DNA of 11,589 nt from contig CAWKAR010000001.1 in the NCBI GenBank assembly GCA_963847625.1, positions 1-11,589 on the forward strand, written 5' to 3'. Below, piece after piece: positions 1 to 7,301 of the stretch. Under the pieces are notes generated by a model. It made no database searches and was not told where the DNA came from. It saw only the letters and a list, made by a program, of their open reading frames with translations. This stretch comes from a candidate division FCPU426 bacterium (GTDB lineage: Bacteria; Oederibacteriota; Muellerivitia; Muellerivitales; Muellerivitaceae). Made by a program: the position numbers and the translations under genes. The first letter of the stretch is position 1. Each line of letters opens with the position of its first letter.

Positions 1-1
1 C

Positions 2-3000
2 GCATCGCTCGTTGGCCACATAGACGTTTCCCGATCCGTCCAGAGCCACCCCATGGGGGAATTTCTCCGGCCATGAAGCGCTTGGTCCGCAAAATACCGG
101 CGTGGGAGTCTGGTTAGTAGTGGGGGTGATGGTGGGCGTGGGAGTGGAAGTCCAGGTGGGGGTGGAGGTCGGCGACACCGTGGGCGTGGGAGTGAGGGTC
201 GGGGTGGGTACGAGCGCCCAGCAAGGGAGAGCGGGACAATTGGTGAATCCATAGACCTGTCCGTCCAAACCGTTTCCGGCGTCGGCTACGTACCATATTC
301 CATTGCCCACTGCGATCCCTTCCGTGCTGGTAAAGGCCGTGGTCCCGCCGGGGTTTCCAATCGATTCCACTTGAGTCCCATTCATATTGAAGATTCCCAT
401 CGTTCCATAACCATCCGTCACGAAGATCGTACAATTCTGGTAGATGGAGATGAAATTCGCCGTCATGAGCGAAGTTCCATAGGTCACGTCCCATTGGTTC
501 AGGCAGGTAGTCCCGGTCGGGTCGAATTCATCCACATATCCCGTCCCCTCGTCGGCTACATAGAGGTTGCCCGAGGCATCCATCGCCAAGCCCGTGGGCA
601 GGCCGAAGGCCTGGGGATTCGAGTTATAAGTGAAATTCGGCCCGATGGAGGTAGAAGAAACCCAAGAAGTCCCGTTCCAAGTAAAGATAACCACCCGCAC
701 GTTTCCCGAATCCGCCACGTAAAGGGTCGTGCCAGCGCTGTTGACCGCCACCCCGGTGGGTGAGCTGAACCCGGTTAATGTGAATAGGGGCGCTCCGCCC
801 GTATTCGAGAAAATTTCCACCTGGTTTTTGGCTTCATCCGCCACAAAAACGGTGGTTCCGGCCACCGCCACTCCCATCGGCGCGCTCAGAAATCCAGTGC
901 CGATGGAGGGCTGGGCGCTTCCCGTCGAGTTGAACACATCGATGGTTTGGCTATATTCATCCGCCACATAAAGATAACCCGAGGGATCCAATGCCACTCC
1001 TTCAGACTGCGATACCGCCCAATCGGAACTGGACGCACAGGAACCCATAACAGGGGTCGGTGTGGGCTCGGGCATAAGTGTGGGAGTCGGGAGGGCACTT
1101 ACGGAGACCACCTTGATGGCGTTGATTTTGACCCAATCCGCGACTTGGCCAAAAGTTAAATCAAGGAGGTTGTTCGTTATGGTTACCGGGAAGGTATAGT
1201 CATTGGCCGCACAAGACGCGGTCGGTTCAACCCAAAGCCCCGGATTAATGACAACCCCATTGGCCATGATTTGGACTTTCGAGTCTTGTACATTATTGTC
1301 CGCGAATTTCAACGTCACCTGGTACACACCGCACGGAATGTTGAACAAATAATCGAAGGTCTGGGAACTTTGCCGGTATGTTTGGTAAAGGGGCTGGTCT
1401 GCAACTTGGATTCCGGAAACGCCGGAAGGACACGGCTGGCCGGCTCCAGAGTAAATGTCGGAAGGGTCATAACCGATACTGCCCGGTGTGGAGGAGTTGT
1501 AGGGTTGGTCCGCGATATAGGTGACGCTGTCGGAACCGGTGCAGGCCGGCCCGCCGCAATTAATGGCGGCAACCACCGGCGTGGTGAGGGGGGTGCAGCC
1601 AGGGGTGGGAGTCATCGTGGGAAAAGGGGTTAAAAAAGGTTTTTCATAAACCAGAACCCTTGCCCGGTTCAGGTCCACCAAATACAAGTTGTCCTCTTTG
1701 TCGAATGTGGCGGAAAAGAATTTCGTGGCATATTCTTTCATCAGGGTAACGGGGTTGTCACCCAATAGGGGGTAAGCCACCACGACGGCAAGGGGGTCAC
1801 AACCCGCTTTGGAATTTTTTCCCACCACCATCACAGAATCGTCCGAGTTGAAGGCCGGTTCCTCAGGAGCGTAGACATTTTCAGACATGTTGATGCCAGG
1901 AACATTCCAGCTCCCGTTGGTCCCATAGACGGCATCACCGGGAAGGCCGCAAACAACCTGGGTTGCATGTGCCACGGCATTATCGATGGTGGATTTGTTC
2001 CAACGCACCATCCGTTGGTTTCCTTCCGATTCCTCCGCGTCATCGGAAACGTATACGTTCCCGTGGTGGTCCAGGGTCACTTCGCCCGGCTTGTGCAGGC
2101 CCCATTGCGTGGGATTGCCGCAACATGAGCCGGTGGTTTTATCCCAATTGATCACCGTGGAGGCAGCATTGGGTTGCCCCAGGATGACGTCCACCAATGG
2201 ATGGGCCGTCAGGGGATCGCGCACACGGAAAACCCTTTGTTCGTTGGTATCGGCGATCCACAGGTACCTTCCAGTCGGGTCCGGCATGATACCGTTGATA
2301 CTCGACCAGGTCGTAGAGCCTCCCCCCAGAACGGGAATGGGTTGGTTTAATGTCAGGGCGGGAGTCGAGGTGGGATTCAGGGGCAAGTTGAATTCTTCCG
2401 GGAAGGTGTCATGGGAAAGGACCCATAGGTGCTGGGGCGTGGTCTGGTCCACGCCCATGCGTTGATAGTAACCCCATGTCCAATCCCCCGTCACATTGTT
2501 GTTGTTGACATCATTCGCGTAAGCCGGAGGGAGGCCGGCGATGCCATCGGGCTGTCGCCCATTGCTCCAAGTCCCGATGCCCCCGGGAGGGATATTCCAA
2601 TAGGCCAAGTGGTTTTCATCCGCCACAATCAGTTGCGGTGTGGAAGACATCTCGGCCACTGCTAAGCCATCGGGGTTATACAAATTCGCGGGGCCGAATT
2701 GATTGCGGCTTCCGGGCTGGCTTTGCTTAAATACGGATATATCCGCCGAATGCGCTTCCCCGGCGGGAAGGTTGACCACGTAATTGGATCCTGAAAGCGC
2801 CAGACTCGGGATGGGATGGGCGGGTGTATTGGGAAACCTCCATACTTCCTTCCCATCCAAGTGGCACACGTACGCGTTACCATCACTGTCAATTCCGACT
2901 CCCTGAGGCATGCTCATTGAATAGGGGTTTGAAGTTTGGTTCAAATAAGCATATTGGAATATGGGGCCGTCCCCGCTAGTGGCGTTACAACCCCCCGTTG

Positions 3001-3493
3001 ATGGATTGGACTGGGTCCCGAGCGTGTTTTGTCCCAAAAGCTTTTTCGGGGTCACGGTCAGTTGGGCGGGGTCGATTTCAAGCATAACGATTTGGTGGAA
3101 TTGCCAGTCCATGACCCACAGGTCATCTTTTCCCGCACTCGAATCGAACAGAAGGTCGAACGCGACCGGCGCGTCCACATACTCCGTGCTGACCACGGCG
3201 GCGTTCATACCGTTGGAATAGGGTGGTTGGAATATGAGAATTCTTTGGTTGTTATAGTCCGCCACGAATACGTTTCCGGTTGGGTCCACTTCGACCGCGA
3301 CCGGGGAATTCATTTGGGTCAAACCACTCCCACTATTGGTGGACCCGAAATCAGGCTGCCCCAACACCAGGGTGGCCGTGGTCACTGGGATCCCGTTCGT
3401 TCCTTTCTGGAACATCAGCACCCGGTTGTTCCCCTGGTCGGCCACCCATAGGTTGCCTTGGGAATCGATGGCAACCCCCGCCGCCCAACTTTT
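2..3493 (-). CDS. Downstream (C-terminal) frame of a large secreted NHL-repeat beta-propeller protein with a malectin-like domain and Pro/Thr linkers; 3' end runs off the window
   Basis: Manual translation of the minus frame with codons at 3491-3493 down to 2-4 shows no stop over 1164 codons. It contains NHL-like repeats (GVAIDSQGNLWVADQGNNRVLMF; PVAVEVDPTGNVFVADYNNQRILIF; PTGVAVNSAGTTLYVADSGNVRVVIF; PTGLAMDASGNLYVADEG; PHGVALDGSGNVYVAN), VLGQPDF-type motifs and PT linkers. It is probably missing from the ORF track because it has no stop inside the window. Confidence 0.9.
95..213 (-). repeat. Pro/Thr linker between NHL propeller blocks
   Basis: Translates as [39 protein letters not shown]. 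Confidence 0.8.
1100..1575 (-). other. Malectin-like carbohydrate-binding domain within the NHL protein
   Basis: AINCGG...TYIADQPY...LYQTYRQSSQTFDYLFNIPCGVYQVTLKFAD...KINAIKV matches the remembered malectin pattern (AINxGG, YxxD, LYQTxR, FxYxxxxxxGxYxVxLxFAE, INAIxV). The domain is flanked by short PT linkers. Confidence 0.75.
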
Positions 3494-4256
3494 CCCCCCC
3501 CACAAAATTAAAGGTTCCCGCGGTGGGTGACCCCAAGCCCTGGTTCTGTTTATATGAGTAAAGATCCGGCTGGCCCCACACGTAGGATGCGGCCGGGCCC
3601 ATAGCCCCGGATTTGAGGTTGCTGAATTCGTAAAGAAGTACCCGGTTATTCACCACGTCCGGCACATAGAGGTTGCCAGAGCCATCCACGGCCATGTTGG
3701 AATCCGACCCGTCTTCCCAGGGGGAATTGGCCCAGGGTTCAAGACCGCAGAGTTCGTTTGGATTCGGAGCGGTAGTCACGGGATAATTCTGCATGTTGGA
3801 ATCCCCATTACAGGCGCAGTGGCTGAAATCCGGCTGGCCCAGGACGATATCCGCCCCCAGGGGATAAGCGGTGGGATCGGACCCTAGGCAAAGGTCCACG
3901 CCTAATTTCCCCCCCTGGCGGGTGATGGCCATGTTGATGTCGCTGAAACCCAGGATGCGGCTGTTTCCGGCATCCCACATGTAGAGACGGTTGGGATGAT
4001 GGTTCCGGTCCACTACTATTCCCCGGGGGGTCCAGGTACTGCGGTTCGTGGCCTCGTTGGGTTTCAATTCCCCGAATGCTGAATTTTTGATGCCACCGTC
4101 GGTTTGCCCCAGGACGATGTCCGCCCAAAGGTCGCCGGCCGTGCCCCGCGGAGGGTCCCAGAGGAGGTTTCCAAGGGACAGGGATGGGCATAAAAACCCG
4201 AGACCCGACAAAATCAAGACTGAAAAAAGCTTGCGCGCAGTCCAATGCCTTTTCAT
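3351..4256 (-). CDS. N-terminal part of the same NHL-repeat protein (signal peptide plus first repeats); as read, it goes out of frame after 3495 and stops at 3351
   Basis: ATG at 4256 gives MKRHWTARKLFSVLILSGLGFLCPSLSLG, a Sec signal-like sequence, with GGTGG 6 nt upstream. It is followed by ADIVLGQTDG, PRGIVVDRNHHPNRLYMWDAGNSRILGF, ADIVLGQPDF and MAVDGSGNLYVPDVVNNRVLLY. After FNFVGG the translation loses NHL character. An alternative TTG start at 4388, with GAGAGG upstream, cannot be excluded. Confidence 0.85.
   Translation of the reverse strand: MKRHWTARKLFSVLILSGLGFLCPSLSLGNLLWDPPRGTAGDLWADIVLGQTDGGIKNSAFGELKPNEATNRSTWTPRGIVVDRNHHPNRLYMWDAGNSRILGFSDINMAITRQGGKLGVDLCLGSDPTAYPLGADIVLGQPDFSHCACNGDSNMQNYPVTTAPNPNELCGLEPWANSPWEDGSDSNMAVDGSGNLYVPDVVNNRVLLYEFSNLKSGAMGPAASYVWGQPDLYSYKQNQGLGSPTAGTFNFVGGEKLGGGGCHRFPRQPMGGRPGEQPGADVPERNERDPSDHGHPGVGAA
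3494..3501 (-). repeat. G8 homopolymer at the frameshift of the NHL gene
   Basis: The minus strand reads TTT GTG GGG GGG G AAA AGT TGG GCG. Removing one G fuses the two frames as FVGGKSWAAGVAIDSQGNLWVAD. Confidence 0.85.
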
Positions 4257-4386
4257 GAAAGACCACCGGAAATAAAATCGTGTTGTTTGACGGGAAAGAT
4301 GATTTTCGGCTGGGAAGTTGATGCGAAGTTCGAAACCACATCCGTTATTTCGAACGATTGAAGTTAAATATTTTCGATGATCGCTC

Positions 4387-4421
4387 AAAATATATCCTCT
4401 CGACTAAAAAAATACATCCTC
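4387..4421. repeat. 13-bp imperfect direct repeat, possible operator
   Basis: AAAATATATCCTC (4387-4399) and AAAATACATCCTC (4409-4421), 22-bp period, just downstream of the predicted start site. Confidence 0.45.
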
Positions 4422-4439
4422 GAAATACAATTTATATTT

Positions 4440-4468
4440 ATTGTACTACCGAAAAAAATCAATTTCAA
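4440..4468 (-). promoter_or_regulatory. Sigma70-type promoter for the NHL gene
   Basis: The minus strand has TTGAAA (4468-4463), a 17-nt spacer and TACAAT (4445-4440), each 5/6 to consensus, in an AT-rich intergenic region. The predicted start site is near 4433. Confidence 0.7.
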
Positions 4469-4559
4469 TTTTAGACCGAAACACCATTCACCCACGGGTA
4501 AGCCCCCGGAACTCAAACCGTCGGCATTAGACAAATTTTAATGGGTTATCGGCGTTCCT

Positions 4560-7106
4560 TTAAGGTCTGCTTGTCGAAGATGCGGAACGGACCACAAGTT
4601 CGTCCAAAGTCATGTTCCCCACGATCCCGGGTCCGGAAACATTTATCACGGGAAAAGTGTTTTGCCCCCCAAAGTTGACAGCCAACTCCACGGAGTGGAC
4701 TCCCGGGGCGAGGTTCACCTGAACGGATTTTTCAGAGGAGCGGCTATTGGGCGGAACAACCAAGGTCTTTTTTCCATCCAGGTAAAACCATGCGATGCTA
4801 TGGGTATTGATCCCTAAGGTGTGCGTGCCGCCGGTCTTGACGGCCCAATTCCCCTCCAGCCTGGCCGAATGCCACCCATCGGTGAACGGCGAAGGCAGGT
4901 TGTCGTTCCAGCGGGTGACCCGGTCTTCATAAAGAATCAAGCCCCGGCCGATTCCATAATGCGTGTAAAATCTTCTCCGCCAGGTCCACTCCGGTACCCG
5001 GCGGACATGGATGAACGCCTGCCCACCTTCGGGCACCCTGTCGAATGGGATTTCGGTCCAAAACAGGTGGGGAACGTCCCTATTTTCCCACTGGAAGAAA
5101 TTGAATTTCTTGCTCCATTGGACCCCGAGAAATTCCTCCTCCACTTTCTTTTGCGTTTGAATATCCTCGCCCCAGACGAGAATGGCCAGGTCCTTTCCCT
5201 TCTCCCCGGGAGCCAAATCGATCGAGTTGGACGGTCCGGCCTGGAACAACTCCTCCCCATCGGAGAGGATGTCCATCGAGCAATTATAAAAACGCGGTTG
5301 CGCCACGAGATAAACCCGGTGGTTCGGCAGTTCCCTTTCCGCCTGGTCCCAGACGGTGGTGGTATCAGTGCGCTGGTCCATCCATTCCCAGACAAGCCGG
5401 TGGTTTTTTCCTATTTCCCAGGCCAAGAGCGCCAGCAGGGCTAGGATAAAAAACCACCTCCACCCCTTGCCGGGTTTTGCCTGGAGAAAGGCCAGCCAGA
5501 AACGGTTCATGCCCCAAGCCCCGGTTAATAGAAGCGGGATACTGCAAATGCAGTACCTGAAGGAATGGGGTCCATTGGAAAGGATGGGGGTTATCACCGA
5601 AACGAGAAAAAGCAGGATAACGGTTCCTGACAACCAGCTCGGCCTGGCCAGGAAATAAGCCGCGCCCAAAAGGGCGCACGCGATATCCAGGAACTCAAAT
5701 AACGAATCCCCAATGGAGGGAATCTGGGAAGGATGAACCGCTTGGCCGAGAAAAAGTTCCTTGGTGAATCGGATATTACCCCAAAGCTTGTGCCAGGTTT
5801 CCCCAGGAAGGCAAAAATCCTTGTGCCATGCCGTAATGGCCCCGACATGGGTGGAATATTCGGGGTAAAGGTAGAATGGGGCCATCAACAGCGCGGCGGC
5901 AAATGCCCCTGTCGCCCACCCGAAAAGTTTGCTGAATCCTTTTTTCCTTTCCACCCGAAACAAATCCACGTAACTCCAGCCTAAAACAATACCAACGGCA
6001 GCCAGGAACGCGGGTCCGCTGATTAAACCAGCGAAGGCATTGTTGTTGGGCAGCAAGGCATTCTTGTAAAGGAACAGGATCATCCAGGCGGCCAGGAGAC
6101 CCGGCCCCAGAACCACGCGGGGAAAATTGAAACGCCTTTCCTTGGAGTCGCTATAGACCCACAACCATACAATCCCCAACATGGCGGGAGTCCATGAACG
6201 GAACGCGACATAGGTATAGCCCCCAAAACCCAGGGCCAAACCCCATTCGAGAAAATGAAACCAATTGGGTTTTTTCAGCAGCCGGAGGAAAAAAAGCACG
6301 GTCAAAGCCCCGGCCAGGACGCAAGTCTCGTTTTCGTAACAGAATTTCGTGACCATGATCATGTATTTGCAGGTGGACCCCAGGGCCAGGAAAAGAATTC
6401 CCATACGCCGCCCGCCGATCTCCTTGCCGATTAGGTAAAAAATCCAAAGCGCCGCCAAGTCGTTGAGGGCATCGCTGAACAGGACGATGAAGTGGCCGGT
6501 GGCCTGGGGCAGGAGAATCCAAAGGAAAGCCGTCAAGTAAGGATGGTACGGCCCCCTCCATCCATTGGGAAACATGAAGGGGCAATCGTGGTAGTCCAGA
6601 ATGTTCCGAATGTCGGCGGCATGGGAATAGTTATCGTCCCAAAAATATCCCGGCGGTTGATGGGGATTCTCCAGCCGCAAATATGCGCCCAACGCCATGA
6701 AAACCCAGAACCAGAGCCTGGCCGTCCCGCGCGAAAAATCCCATTTTCCCTCCTCCACGGGAGGAAGCCTCCGGAACAGGACTACGAGAAGGATGAAACC
6801 CGCGCAGATCAAGGGGGCCGCGGGAAGATACGCGAAAAAATTTTCGCGTGGTAAACGGGGGATGTCAAAATGAATGAAGGGGTTTCCGGGGTAAAAAAGC
6901 AGGTTGAAACAAGGAATGGATAATAGGCCCGCCATTACCAACAGCCAGGAGCCGAGAAACCAAGAGAAATTCTTCCAGTTATAGGTAGCCAAACTGGGGG
7001 TTTCGGGCTTTCCACGCATAGGCTTGGACTGGCCCAAGTTATTTTTACCGGTCCGTGAATAAGTTTGCAGAATGCGCCGCTTCTTTATTTTTCTTTTATT
7101 CGGCAA
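4560..7106 (-). CDS. Multi-pass membrane glycosyltransferase, GT-C fold (ArnT/PMT, GT83/GT39-like), with C-terminal PA14-like domain
   Basis: 848-aa ORF with a TTG start 6 nt after GGGAG. It has many hydrophobic helices, the ArnT/PMT-like segments LGAYLRLENPHQPPGYFWDD, GPYHPYL, LWIFYLIGKEIGGRRMG and GLALGFGGYTYVAFR, and a soluble C-terminal SARLEGNWAVKTGGTHTLG...FYLDGK...VNLAPGVHSVEL resembling PA14. Confidence 0.85.
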   Translation of the reverse strand: MPNKRKIKKRRILQTYSRTGKNNLGQSKPMRGKPETPSLATYNWKNFSWFLGSWLLVMAGLLSIPCFNLLFYPGNPFIHFDIPRLPRENFFAYLPAAPLICAGFILLVVLFRRLPPVEEGKWDFSRGTARLWFWVFMALGAYLRLENPHQPPGYFWDDNYSHAADIRNILDYHDCPFMFPNGWRGPYHPYLTAFLWILLPQATGHFIVLFSDALNDLAALWIFYLIGKEIGGRRMGILFLALGSTCKYMIMVTKFCYENETCVLAGALTVLFFLRLLKKPNWFHFLEWGLALGFGGYTYVAFRSWTPAMLGIVWLWVYSDSKERRFNFPRVVLGPGLLAAWMILFLYKNALLPNNNAFAGLISGPAFLAAVGIVLGWSYVDLFRVERKKGFSKLFGWATGAFAAALLMAPFYLYPEYSTHVGAITAWHKDFCLPGETWHKLWGNIRFTKELFLGQAVHPSQIPSIGDSLFEFLDIACALLGAAYFLARPSWLSGTVILLFLVSVITPILSNGPHSFRYCICSIPLLLTGAWGMNRFWLAFLQAKPGKGWRWFFILALLALLAWEIGKNHRLVWEWMDQRTDTTTVWDQAERELPNHRVYLVAQPRFYNCSMDILSDGEELFQAGPSNSIDLAPGEKGKDLAILVWGEDIQTQKKVEEEFLGVQWSKKFNFFQWENRDVPHLFWTEIPFDRVPEGGQAFIHVRRVPEWTWRRRFYTHYGIGRGLILYEDRVTRWNDNLPSPFTDGWHSARLEGNWAVKTGGTHTLGINTHSIAWFYLDGKKTLVVPPNSRSSEKSVQVNLAPGVHSVELAVNFGGQNTFPVINVSGPGIVGNMTLDELVVRSASSTSRP

Positions 7107-7301
7107 TTTTAACTCCCAACTTTAAAAACCATTTTAAACTTTTTGAGTGCCTGCGAACATCCAAGAAAACTGGGCCCCGGACGATTTTTTCACCCCAGAT
7201 TCACGCAATTATAAGAAAGAATGAAGGGGGTTTTTATCGGTGTGTTTGATTGAGAAAGGTTTATCTGATGGAGAATGATTTGTTTGAACAAAAAAGGGTT
7301 A

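Noticed and set aside
3488..3501. Programmed -1 frameshift at GGGGAAAAG
   Set aside because: Restoring the gene needs a +1 shift (loss of one G), so a -1 slip leads to the wrong frame.
114..3561. Many 60-160 aa ORFs on both strands
   Set aside because: All overlap the long NHL/malectin frame, which explains the region. They have no recognisable motifs.
4385..4417. 10-codon upstream ORF MYFFSREDIF whose TGA overlaps the TTG at 4388
   Set aside because: It has no properly spaced ribosome-binding site and no attenuator hairpin, and the downstream gene is not biosynthetic. It is probably a chance product of the AT-rich repeat.
4470..4559. Possible riboswitch or terminator after the GT gene
   Set aside because: I found no recognisable aptamer consensus and no strong stem with a U tract on the minus strand.
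6831..6848. Inverted repeat CGCGAAAA-AA-TTTTCGCG
   Set aside because: It lies inside the GT coding sequence as a single occurrence with no supporting context.
4821..6854. Short ORFs overlapping the glycosyltransferase
   Set aside because: They are shadow frames in GC-rich coding DNA.
7055..7249. 64-aa + strand ORF in the intergenic region
   Set aside because: It is short, opposes all neighbouring genes, overlaps the GT start and has no clear RBS or motif.
7208..7292. TATAAT (minus strand, 7213-7208) and palindrome TTTGTT-TG-AACAAA (7279-7292) upstream of the GT
   Set aside because: There is no acceptable -35 at 16-18 nt, and short AT-rich palindromes arise easily by chance. The evidence is too weak to call a promoter or operator.
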